A stretch of DNA of 64,000 bases from Puccinia triticina (lineage: Eukaryota), in assembly GCA_026914245.1 (NCBI GenBank), contig CP110439.1:1302001-1366000 (forward strand), read 5' to 3'. This document shows positions 50,767 through 62,712 of this stretch, piece by piece. The notes under the pieces were generated by a model that was not told the origin of the DNA, searched no databases, and worked only from the letters and a program-made list of their open reading frames with translations. Position numbers and translations under genes: made by a program. The stretch's first letter is position 1. Each line of letters opens with the position of its first letter.

Positions 50767-50856
50767 TGTAAGACTCAAAAGTGGTTGTGAAACCCTTTTG
50801 CTGAATGGAGAAGGGGATGAAGGAGTTGCAAGCTCTGCCCTTCTATACTACCAGCT

Positions 50857-50890
<34 letters not shown>

Positions 50891-51562
50891 ATTAGGTGAT
50901 AGGAGTGAATGCTCAAGATGAGTTTATTCGATACACTTTATAAAGATTTGTTATTGATATATAAGGGTTGTTATGAGTATAGTTGTAAGTGTTGAGAGTA
51001 CAAGGTGGTGAGTGAATCACTGATCAGTAATAAACTGCCGCTACAAATGAGGGGGAGAGAGCCCCTTATATAGACAAATGTGAGGGATTTTAGCTCCAGG
51101 GCAGCCCCAGTGAGGGATTTTAGCTGGCCTGCGCTGTGTACAATTTATGCGAGGGGTGCATGCATGATGCAGGGAACAATGGCATGTGATGCAATAAAAC
51201 CAAACAAAAGTGGAGGTGAAAGTTCTAGAATGCGGAGAACAATGGCACAGACTGCAGTGGCAGTGCTGGATGATGTCATGCAGCTAGAAAACAAAGGCAA
51301 AATAATATATGCAGTGGAGATACCATGGAGTAGGGAAAGGTGGCTTGAGGTGCGTGACAGGGGTCAACAGGGTGCTACAGGTTGTCCGGAGGGTCTAACT
51401 TCCAGTGCAGTGGGGCTACAGTTACACTTTCAGTGGAGACTAGGGGGTAATTTGGCCGTAGATTCCATTTCTGGGGTCCATATGGTCGTACCATGAGGCA
51501 TTCTATGACTAATTACGCAAATGAGAGAAAAACTTTTGATTTTTCCCATTTTGTATACCACA
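50767..51562 (-). repeat. 5' LTR of gypsy 2
   Basis: Direct repeat of 40119-40914 at offset 10648; identical translated ORFs in the track. Confidence 0.95.
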
Positions 51563-51566
51563 CCGT

Positions 51567-53815
51567 GTTTTTGGAAGCATAGGCTACGTCCACATTCCAC
51601 ACGAGAAACGGAAGAAACTAGACAAGCAGGAATTGTAAGGACATGTGATAGCGCACCTTGAACAGAGCAAAGGGTGGCTCTTTTGGATTCCCTCTCAGAA
51701 GAAGTTTGTCACCTCGGCAATGGTCCGCTTTCCGACAAGCCTAGTGGACGGGAAGACAACAAGTGCACCAGTGGGCAACGTGGAAGAAGACACATTGAAA
51801 TCAAAAGAGGAGCCCAAACTGTCTGTTGACTACATCATGCACCTCCTTCAACTCGGTGATTTTTCCCAGGAAATTGAGTTTACCAATCAGAAGCTTATTG
51901 TCAATAAGATCATTAGCCTCTGTCAATTCTATGCAATCTCCTCGCCGAAGACCTTCAAGCAGGCAATAAACTCACCAGAAAAGGAGGCGTGGTCAAAGGC
52001 TATTGCGGTAGAATTGTTGAACCTGGAGAGTATGAGGGTCTGGGTGCTGAAGTTGAAACCGGAAGACAAGAAGGCGCTTGGAGGACGCTGGGTGTTTGCG
52101 ACGAAGCCAGACACCGATGGATCTGGTGTGCGGTTCAAAGCGCGTTATGTGGCAAAAGGTTTTACTCAAATTGAAGGAGAATATTTCAACGCAACTTTTA
52201 CGCCAACAGCTACATTTTTGTTGCTTTGACTTCTGTTGGTGGTGGCAGCGGCGTATAACTGGCCGGTGCATAGCTTTGACTTTGTAGCTGCCTACCTAAA
52301 CTCGCCGATCAACGAGGAGGTTTGGATGAAACCCCCAGAAGGAATGAAGACAGCGCCAGGACATTCCCTCCTTCTGCAGAAGGTGCTTTATGGCACAAAG
52401 CAAGCAGCTAGGTGCTGGTGGCTTCACCTTAAGAATGTGCTCAACAAGTTTGGCTACTCCCCTTCTCAATACAATAACAGCCTTTACATTCTTTGCCACC
52501 CAGACAAGAAAGGAGTGGTTTGGTTGCACGTGGACGACGGTATGGTTCCGGCGTTGAACCCAACGCTGCTGAAACGCCTGGAGGAAGATCTGAAGGATAT
52601 CATCAAGATCAAGTGGTCACACTCACTCGACACAATAGTTGGGCTCAATGTTGTCCGGTCGGCCAAAGGTTTCGAGCTGTTTCAGGAAGGGCTGGTGTTG
52701 GCAGTTTTGGAAGGCCATTGGGACAGTTTCTTGAAGGTGTCAACCCCTCTGCCGGTGGGTTACAACGCAACGACGGACGTGGATGGTGTGCCGGAGGACT
52801 CTGGCCGGTACCACTTGGTGATAGGCTCTCTGAGCTATCTTGCGGTGGGGACGCGACCAGATATTTGCTTTGCAGTCAATTATCTGGCGCGTTTCACGGC
52901 CAAACCAGGGGCCACACACTGGAAAGGGGTAATACATCTCATTAATTATCTGGCCACAACTAAAGATCTCCGCTTGAGCTTGTTCCCGTCTGCTGATCGT
53001 CTTGAGCTCAAGTATTTTGCAGATGCGTCATGGGGAGGAGAGTTCCCTCGTTCCTCATATGGCTTACTAATCACTTTATTGAACTGTCCTGTTCTTTGGG
53101 TCTCATGACGGCAGCAATCAGTGGCGTCGTCCACTTGTCATGCAGAATATATGGCGCTGGGGGTAGCCACGCGCCAGACGCTCTGGGTGAGGCATTTACT
53201 GAAAGATGTTCTAAAAAAAGATGTGGGTCATCTGTTCTATTGAGGCATAGGCCGGGCATACTCTCATGCGCCGTGCTGCGGACTTGGACCAATAGGATTT
53301 GTACCTAGATGATGATACTGTAAACCCTATGTGTAGATGTAGTATTTCAACTGTTTATGTTTGCTGTTGTTTTCCTTCATCTCTTCATTGTTTACACTAT
53401 TCATTCAACTCACTCAAACTCTCCACTCACTTGGTTATAGGTATGCTTCTCACTTCCACTATTGTTTTCACGTTCTCACACCTTCTATGTCTTCATCTCA
53501 GGTGTGCCTCCACCGCTCCCGTGTTTGCTGCGTGTTCTCTTGCTCATCACAGCCTCTGTGCTGCTTCAGGTCTCTCCCTCTTTGCCCATTATGTTCTGCG
53601 ATAACCAGTCGGCAATTAAGGTGTCGACAGATGACGCGTCAAACAAGAGAACGCGCCATACTGACCGCGACTTCTACATCACAAATGAGTCCCTGTTTCA
53701 AAAGAAGACAACACGTCAATGGGTAGGTACGAAGGATCAGCTTGCGGATATATTTACCAAGTGCATGACCCCCAATAACTTTTTCTCGTTAAGGAATAGA
53801 ATCATGTCTGGCTAG
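51567..53815 (+). pseudogene. Ty1/copia 3' part: integrase C-terminus, RT, RNase H
   Basis: FKARYVAKGFTQ, LYGTKQAAR, WLHVDDG, TRPDI, ADASWG, AEYMA, CDNQSAI, QLADIFTK; stops at 52227 and 53106; interrupted at 53238-53591. Confidence 0.92.
53238..53591. mobile_element. 354-bp solo-LTR-like insertion in the copia RNase H
   Basis: 5-bp TSD TGTTC; ends TATTG..CATTA; removing it restores GHLFCDNQSA. Confidence 0.75.
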
Positions 53816-53977
53816 TCAATATTTACACTCTGGATCCGTGTTACTCTTTCTGTTACTCTTTGGTCTCTGATTACTCTAAATTTTTTTCTCTTCAATTGTT
53901 TTGTTCTTTCCTTATTCTTTCTCTTTTCCTCTTGTTTTTACTTGTATGTAGTGCCGGGTCTGCGGCGAGAGGGGGGG

Positions 53978-54634
53978 TGTTGTAGCCCAATGGGGCTACG
54001 CACTCTGAGCCTCGCCGCAGTCGCGGTACCTGCCACATCCCGGACCACGTCCGGGCTGTGTGTGTGTTGATTATGATTATTACCACCTGAGTCACTTCAG
54101 TGAGGATGTCGGGCTGCCGACAATCTGGGGCGTCGGTTCCCCGGCGGGTAACCTTCAACCGCGAGGGAAATACCTGTCGGCAGTCTGACGGGTGCGGGAG
54201 TGGGCGGCTAACAGTCAGGCTGACAGTCAGCCCGGTGTGGGTCAAGCCAGCGACAGTCCACCCGGCATCAGACCGGCAGACGGGCGACGGATCGACCCAG
54301 GTCGAGCCACCGAGTGTCCTGCCGGCAACAGGCCGGCAGACCGGCGGTGGCTTGACCTAGCTAGGTCAGTCCGCCGTACATCTTGACCAAAAGGAGATCA
54401 GCAGACTGACCCTCGCGAGAGCCTGACGACGGGCTGCCCTGTATTCACACGGTAGCCCGACGTGTGCCCCTTTGGCGTCGGGTTGTCGGTCCGAGGGAGC
54501 CGAAATCGCTCTTGGGGTGTACTTGAAAATGATGGCTTGATATGTGGTAAAATCTCCACATTCAGCAGCAAAGAGAAACTTGAGGCAAAAGCTCAAATAC
54601 CTTGACGGCCCCGCGCCTCGCAGGGTCGACAATG

Positions 54635-54670
<36 letters not shown>

Positions 54671-54678
54671 CATGCCTA

Positions 54679-54710
<32 letters not shown>
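53978..54710 (+). repeat. Probable 3' LTR of the copia element (right end uncertain)
   Basis: PPT GAGAGGGGGGG immediately followed by TGTTG; candidate end CTAACA; no partner LTR in the window. Confidence 0.55.
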
Positions 54711-54714
<4 letters not shown>

Positions 54715-54927
54715 TTGAACACAGACACAGGAATTTCATACAATTATCATGGTGCCTGAAAAGTGAGCACTCGCCCAGCAGGCATGTTGACACTTCCATA
54801 TGGCACTTGGTTATGACTTTGCTGTGGAACTCCCTGTGAAGTCAGAGACTTATCCAACCTAATTCTGAATGTGGGTGAAAAATGAGGAAGTTAATATATA
54901 TGTAACAAATATATGGATCCCATTTAA

Positions 54928-55150
54928 GGCCCTGTTTGGCAGCGTCATTATTACGCAATAAATAATTGGGGCATGCCCCTTTACATTATGTAAAACATCA
55001 TTTTTGGGCCTGATCTTTTGGAAGTAAACTATCAAGCTTTATGACAGCTTACTTTCAAAAGCCTATCCTGAAAAAAATGTTTTTTACAATATGTAATGGT
55101 ATTGCATTTTGAACATTACACTGCATAATATGACGCTGCCAAACAGGGCC
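54928..55150. mobile_element. Tourist/PIF-Harbinger-like MITE (223 bp)
   Basis: TIR GGCCCTGTTTGGCAGCGTCAT / ATGACGCTGCCAAACAGGGCC, TAA TSD; same TIR family as 18276-18436. Confidence 0.9.
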
Positions 55151-57357
55151 TAAGTATTTATATAAAATATCTTGGAGTTTATCAAAGTAGCAGAATCTGA
55201 GAATGGCTTGCTGTTCATTGAGATACATGAAAGATGACTAGAATTCAATGAAGTTTCTGCTTTGGTTTAGTGAACAAAAGTTCCAATCATAAAGTTGACA
55301 AATAGGTCCAACAGGTCTTGTACGTTGACAAGACTGTCGGAGTTAATTAAGAGACGCCAGAGGACCGCATTGAGCATGCAAGGAGATTGTGGGGAAGCGA
55401 AGGGACAAGGAAACAGAACAGGAGAGACTAATCACCCATTGAGGTGAGGAATGGCGACTGCTGTGAGTGGGGAAAGACAAGAAAGGGAAATCCAGGCTCT
55501 ATCTGGATGACTGTAGGTACAACAAGAAATGAAACCTAAACTCAGTATATACACAATCCCTTAGGTTTCCCCCTCTTTGGTCAGTGACCCCTAACGCAGA
55601 TGTCCCTGTCCTGTCACATTAATTTCTGAAGTGCTGGCGCCTGGCAGTGGACCTCAAACTTAACACAAGTCCCTCCCTGTGCTCGCAGGAGGGACTTGTG
55701 CCTAATGTCCAACATTTGGCTTGAGGCTGCCCAGCCAAATGTTGAAAAAATCCTTCTAACCCCCATATTACCGCATACCCCTCTGATTTTTCACAGCCTC
55801 CGGTACCATTAGAATCAGCTTTTGTTTCTACATAATATCATGTGTCCAAAACAACACCTACCACCATCCACTGAAAAAAAAATGATGTAGAAATTCCACC
55901 TGGGAGCCTATCCGGCCTGATCTAAACCGGATAGCCAGTCCAGCCTAAACACATGAAATTAAGGTTTGTCATCATATGTCAAACCCTGTGGGACTCCTCG
56001 CTTATGCACTCAAGAGACCTGCCCATATTAATCCAATACTGGAAAAAACCGTGAGAGCGTGTCCTACCTCAACCTTTGGATAATCCAATGGCTTCTTTGC
56101 ATTGCTCAGGAATAGCCCTCACCAGGATGGCCACTGAGCGGCCAGTTTTTGATGGGTCTACTTGAAAAAATATGTACAGGACAGCTCAGATTGAGAGCTA
56201 TAACCTGGCATATGGGGCTTTGAATTTCAAGTTGAGAGGGAGAGGAAATAGAGATGTAAATACAAAATATGTGATGTTCTGCGCAAGACCCTGTCAGCCT
56301 CAGGCAAAGAATGTGACTTTAGTCCTAAACGTCTCCTTCGGAGACGCTTCGCGCCTCCTTGGAGAGGCTTAGTTAAGCTCGAGTGGACCTGCCCTCCAAG
56401 AGGGCCTTGAAAGGGGCGCAGGTACTGCGTTGATATTTATTTCCTCTTCCTGTGAACACTCCACGATAAGAACAAAAGATCGTCACTTTGAGAAACCAGA
56501 AGAGAGCCCTGATGATGATGGGCTAAACATCGCCAGATGATGTAAAGAAGTTGGCCGGACTTGGGTCATGTTTCCATCCTCCGTTTGAACTTAGCCATTC
56601 AAGCTCCAGACAATCCTTGTCCTCGAAAAATTTTGGAATCAATTCCGCCATGTCGGTTGCCAGGGCGTGCCTCTATAGTGGCAGCGCGCTGAATGAAACC
56701 TTTTGATATAATCAAGGTTTGACAGCTGATTTCAGCTGTCACAACGTTTGTCCACAACGTTTGTCGGTGCTCAACTTGGCCGTGGCGCAAGGAGGAAAGC
56801 CGCGCCTCCGTCTGGAGGGGCTGGTTGAGCGTATACAACCGAAGTCCTAAGGACTTGTAGAGTTGGTCCTGTCTAGGACAGGAAAAGGAGAAAAGGGAAA
56901 AGGCCCGACTTACCTAGTGAAACGAGGAGTCGGGTCGAGTGCGGAAATGATGAAACTAAGGAAAAGGTGGATCAAGAATAACCCCAATCGTTGTGTTCGG
57001 CGTAAGCGGTCGAATACAACAATAAAGTCGGGTGCGGTAACTGATCTGAGGGAACTTCCTTTGTGCAGAGGTCCCTTGTACTTTATACCCCAGCTGTAGC
57101 TGCCTGGCCTGTGGTCTACTGTTCATCAAACAGCTTGGTGTAGCAGGGCTACAAGAGTTTGAGTGACACGTGCCCATACTATGAGCGCGCTGCACACGCT
57201 AGGTACTTCCCACTCCGGCCTAGCGCAGGAGTTAGGGAAGCCGACGTATGTACGTCACGCGCAATAGGCGCGCAGTATCTGTCTTAGAGTATTTCCATTT
57301 CATAGTATGTTATGACACCATTTGTACGTGTTATGTCCTTACTGTTGAGATACTTAC

Positions 57358-59112
57358 CCGGTCTGTGAATTTTACAAAACTTATTTCACAAGGCATAACC
57401 CTTGTGAAAGGTATGCGTTGGGATTTTATGAGATGTATGGGGTAATATGTATTTTTCCGGGGCTTTCGGACTTCTCTTGGCCCTTGTAAATTATACATTG
57501 TAATACATACAATGTAAATATACTGTGTACAGAGGGCTTACGTAATATTACACTGGATGTTTCACAAACCTTGTGAAACCACCTTTGGAATTTCATCATT
57601 TGAATTCAGAAATGTATTTTTACGGGATACAGGTTACCAGCCTTGTTTTACAATGCTGTATTCGCCTGGAAAACCAAACCAATTCACAAAGATACATGAA
57701 TTTTACACGCCTCAACACCCCGATCACGTTGGATTTCCACCCACATATATGTATGTTGTTTTTCCTTCTCTGTTTGGCACACTACACTTCGAGACGTCGC
57801 TGCTCACATCCAATGTTGTTTTCTCCTCGGACGCCTTGTTCGGGCCGGAGGCGACCCTATCACTGCGATCAGCAAAGACAGTGGCTCCAGGCACCCCACA
57901 GTTCCTGATCCCGACAGAACAATTGGACATGTTTATGTCCCGTGGGGTGGCGGCTTTAAAACGTAGGTTGAAAGAGGTCGGGAACGCTAACACATCTCTT
58001 TTTGGCTACAAAAAAGTCAACATACAACAACTTCTAACCCGACGCGATGTGAAGAACGCGCTTAACTCGGTTTTCTCGGCGGCCGGCTACCACGGCCTCC
58101 TGGGCCACAGTTTCTGGGCGGGAGGAGCCTCTTTTCGGCACGCTATGGGCATGAGCAAAGAATGTGTTTGTAGGCTGGGGTGTTGGTTGTTGAGCTGCTA
58201 CAAGCTCTAGATTAAGATCTTTTCATATTATAGCAAGGATCTAAGGTGTACAGTTGTTCCGGAGAAGCAAGTACCGAAGGTAGCGATTTCGAATGACACG
58301 GAGGTCGCCCCTGCTCCAACAAAGCTCAAGAAATCTCAAGCAATTGTGAGCCCTCCATCTGGAGCGGCTCAAGCGACCATTGGTGCTCCATCTGGAACGG
58401 CCAAAGCGACTGTCGGCGCTCGCTCTGGAGCGGAAAAGCCAACTGATCTCAAACAAAAAGTGTCGGGCGAGTTGAAGATACAATTGAAAGTTGGGAAGAC
58501 TAGCAATCAGCAACAGATTATTGAAGGGGAAAAGACCTTGGGCAAAGTCAAGAAGACTAAACAAAATATCATCAAGCCCAAATGCTCGGCCACCGATCTA
58601 GCACCCGCAAAGCTACCCAAGGTTGAGTACCAACGGCAAGGCTTGAGACATGCTGTTTTACATTAGACTTTGGCTGTGTTCAAATTTTCATTGGGATTTT
58701 TTTTGTCTTGTTTTCTGGTGGGAAATTATGCCTTGTAAATAGACACATGCCTCGTAAAAATCTCATCTTTCTCCCTCTGGTCAGAATTTTGCAACCCTTG
58801 TGAATCCAAAAAAGGATCCCATGTAAGGGAAACCTTGCAAATTTGAATGTATTGTGACTCACATGCTTTTTTACATGGCTTTTTCTTTGCAAGGGAAACC
58901 CTTGTGAACAAATCGCTTGTAAAATTCTATTTGAGTCCGCCAAGCGGAAAATTGACAAGGTATCTTTCACAATGGTTATTTTACAAACTAGGAAAAAATG
59001 GAAGAACACTTGTAAAATTACAAAAAACCCGTGGCTTAATATGATTTTACATGGCATTGCTTTTACAAAGCATAAGCCTTGTAAAATAAGGGTTGTAAAA
59101 TTCAACCCCCCC
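57358..59112. mobile_element. Non-autonomous Mutator-like element
   Basis: 9-bp TSD GATACTTAC (57349-57357, 59113-59121); inverted termini TGAATTTTACAA..CTTATTTYACAAGGC; many TTTACA/TGTAAA subterminal motifs. Confidence 0.72.
57790..58210 (+). pseudogene. Tyrosine recombinase C-terminal fragment (DIRS/Ngaro-type)
   Basis: SAKT..ALKRRL..SLFGY..GHSFWAGGAS..LGCWLLSCYKL matches a decayed HSFRxGGA..LGRWxSxxY catalytic box. Confidence 0.75.
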
Positions 59113-59403
59113 GATACTTACTCAACAGGGTTTCCATTTGATTTCCTCTCTCGTTGTCGGCCCTTATAAAAGGGCCTCTCTTTCCCTCGTTGTTTTCATC
59201 ATTCATCTTCATACAGACGAAATCTCAGACTTCTTACTGTTACATCCATTACCGCGTGTCGCGCCTACTACGCCGCAGACCCACATTCTTAGATCTGTAG
59301 CCTGCCCGTCTACATTGGGGAACATCCATCCCCTGGGAGCACAGAGGATGTGTGCTCACTCGAGGTCGGCAACCTGGGGATGAACATATCCTAGTCAGAA
59401 ACA

Positions 59404-59596
59404 AAGCCTGACATGCCCTCAGCGCGTGTGCCGCTGTCCTTTTCAGCGGCCTGTGTATTGTCAGTCTCTGCGCAGTATGTACGCACAGGCGGCTGACACT
59501 AAGCCTGACATGCCCTCAGCGCGTGTGCCGCTGTCCTTTTCAGCGGCCTGTGTATTGTCAGTCTCTGCGCAGTATGTATGCGCAGGCGGCTGACAT
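59404..59596. repeat. Near-perfect tandem duplication, 98-bp period, 2 copies
   Basis: AAGCCTGACATGCCCTCAGC..GGCGGCTGACA starts at 59404 and 59502. Confidence 0.9.
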
Positions 59597-60060
59597 CGGT
59601 TGAGCACACCGGATGGGGCGCCATTCCATCAGACGGCACGTTCTGTGAGTACTGATGTTCTCATTTTTTGAATCTTTCCGCTTCTCGGATATATCATTGC
59701 CATCATCAGCAGCATGGTGACTGATCCAAATTATTTGATTGTCCAGTTCGCCCGAGGGGAGCAGCACACTCACTGATACAATTTGTTGGCTGATCCTTGG
59801 CCTCAAGACCTGTTTTACCGACTCTTCCAGATGCAACTGGGAGTTCTTTTGGTTTGTTTGTTGACAGTTGTGAATCAGCTCATGTGAACATACCAAAACT
59901 CAGCCATGTTGCAGAATGAGTTAGATCCGAGGCCGTGATCCGGACAACAAAACAAGAGCTATGATTGGTTTCATTTGATCAGAAACTGAACAGAGTCCTC
60001 AAAACACCATCAGACTTCTATTCTTCAAGCCCATTCTAAATTTCACAAACTTTTTGAACA

Positions 60061-62712
60061 ATGTTACCACCCTGTGTAAATTATTACTTTCTCTGGCAAG
60101 TGGCTGCATGCAACCATCTTATCAAAGTCTCAGCTCGGCCAACCCCTGGACTTCAAGGTAACAATGAACTGTCAATTTGGGATTATGGATACAATGAGCT
60201 TCTTGCAACACCTACCTCTGACTGTGGAAGACTGGATGTTTTGCATAATGGAGACAGTCGAAAACACCCTTTGGAATACACAATTTACACTCCCCATGAA
60301 GCCAATGCTTTCCCAATCACTGAAGGAACTGGACCGATTTCAAGTTCAGCAAAGAAACCAAGGCAAGCTCCGGAGATTTCTGCAGATACTTGGTCAGCAG
60401 CCTCTTTAACCAGCTCTATCCAATCCAATAACTTGAATATGTATCACAAAACTGATACACTCAAACCAAGTGAGCAAGAAATGAGCTAATGAATCAATAT
60501 TTTGGAGATTATTTTATTTTGTTTTTGAGTTTCTGACCTGGTTCCAAAAATCTTGTTGAATTTCTATCTTGATCAGGATTCACAGGATGGGGTTCCCAAG
60601 AAAGTGATTTACAGAATGACAACACGGACTTGGAAGTATTATTCAGTCCATCATTTGAGCATAAATCAGGTCTTGAAACCGTTCTGGATCATCAGGCAAG
60701 CAGCGTGAATGTATGGCCAGCAGCAGATCCACCACAATCACACAATGGAGGCTCAAGCAGCCTGGGTTCCGATAAAATAGTAAAACAGGATTCTATCTTG
60801 GAAACAAGCCTTGATGATTCACTATTCAACCACTTGGGTATGGAACCAGGGCAGATCCTCCAGGAAGGTAAGAAGCTAGGCTATTCTCTCAAAAATATAC
60901 TTTAATATGTTTTTGCCATATTTAATATTAATTCTCTTGGAGAAAAATCATTGATATCAGGATTAAAAAAATCAAATTATAAAACGGTTCTTCCACAGGT
61001 TGATGATATCATAGAGGGATCATTTGAAGAATGGAGAGAACTCTCCTCTGGAAATTTGGTCCCCTCTCATTTTTTGGGTATGTAATCAAACACCATCCTT
61101 AATGATGAGGAATCTCCTAACATTCTGACTTCAAGATTCTGTTGAATTTTGTTTTTGAATTTTGTGATTTAAATCTGAGCTTCCTCAGGATTTAAGTCAC
61201 CATATCAATTGACACCTTCTCTACCTGATGGTACTGCAAAAGAACTAGAAGGATCACATAATCCAAATTCATCATCCTCACTGGTATCTGAAATATTGTC
61301 TGAGTACCAAGAAAAATTTGGGAAGATTGATTCAATTTTCCAAAAATCAATCTCAGGTTATGTATATCCTGCTCTGGAAAATTACAGTGAAATTAGATTG
61401 GGGAATCAATATGCTCATGATTTTGTAGAACTAGAACATCCTGGTACAGAAAGCAATATGGGTGTTTTACCTTTACCAGAAGCTGGCAGCTATGGGAACC
61501 TACCAAGTAGTCCTTGCCAAGATAAAAGCCTGAGAGAATTTCTTGAATGTAAGTGATTAATCTGAAATAATGGGGAATCTCATGATTACTTCTGATATTT
61601 AAATTGGTTTGATAAATTTCCCATCAAAAGACAATAATGAAAATGATAAATTTGATACAAAATTACTATGCAATCAGAACCAGCAAAACAAGTCTTGGAG
61701 TGAAGCTAGAGCACTGAAAAACACTCTGCCAGCCCACACATTGCCTGCAGCTTCAAATTTGGTTTCAAAGTGTTCTCAGCTGTATGATTTAAAAATGAAA
61801 AAACTCCCAAGTGAAATAGATTTACCAGGATCTTTCCGTGGCAAAGTTGAAAAGATTGGAAATTTTGAAATTCCAAATTTAATCAACTTTCCAGAAACAA
61901 TGAAGCCCAAGAAGTTCAATGGGAAAAGTAGCATCAATGTTGATGACAACCCAATCACCAAACTAATGTTAGATCATTTGAATAGATATGAACAGGAAAA
62001 GAGAATACATTGTAAAGACATCCCTATCAAAATTGAAGGTCTTCCAGTGAAAATTTGTATGAAGAAACCCCATTCAATACAGAAATATGGAGAAATCAGA
62101 AATCCATCACATGCTCAATACAAAATTGAAATCATGTCTGATCCAAAAACACATTCCAAAGTATTTCTCTCAAAAGAAAACATCTCAAGGCCATTGAAAT
62201 TTCTCCTTGCAAATCTCAAAATTTGTCACCAGACTATCATCAACTGCCAAGGAATTCTTGGCGTAGAAAAACTAGAAAATGCAGAGAATCTTTTCAATGA
62301 ATGGCTAGAAAAAACAATTTTCAAACCAGAAGATGGAAGCTTTCCTATATTTGGAGTGGTGGAGCAATCAATAGATAATCAATTCTCACCTTCAAATTTT
62401 GGTCCAGTACAGATCTACTTGATAATAAATTATTTTGGAAGCTTAAGGGGCTTCTCAAAGACAGTTCAGATCTCCCTTGCTCTGCTTGGCTATTGGTATA
62501 CAAAGTTCTATCCAGATTATTTCTTCAAAAATTGGAAGGATTATTGGAATTTGATGATTAAAGTGTTTGGAAGACTGATGTGGATAAAGAGCACATATTC
62601 TCTAGAAAGATTCCACTTTTGTAAACTACTTAAAAATCTTACCAAAATAATTAAAGATGAAGTTGGGTTTTCAAAAGAATTTTACCAGGCTCATCAAGTT
62701 TATCAATGGTAA
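60061..62712 (+). CDS. Lineage-specific ~752-aa protein, 5 exons, possible signal peptide
   Basis: Exons 60061-60469, 60577-60867, 60961-61077, 61189-61548, 61631-62712 splice into one open frame via GT..AG introns; N-terminus MLPPCVNYYFLWQVAACNHLIKVSA-RP. Confidence 0.75.

Larger units (their letters stand above)
40119..51562 (-). mobile_element. Full-length Ty3/gypsy LTR retrotransposon (gypsy 2, 11.4 kb) inserted in the copia integrase
   Basis: 796-bp LTRs, 4-bp TSD CCGT (40115-40118, 51563-51566); removing it restores the copia frame NFRVFGSIGYVHIP. Confidence 0.96.

Noticed and set aside
56400..57100. Possible spliced minus-strand gene fragment
   Set aside because: One intron-like segment but no coherent long frame or recognisable domain
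57249..59285. Solo LTR hosting the MULE-like element
   Set aside because: TG..CA ends and a TATA-like motif are plausible, but there is no matching TSD or partner LTR, so boundaries are unsupported
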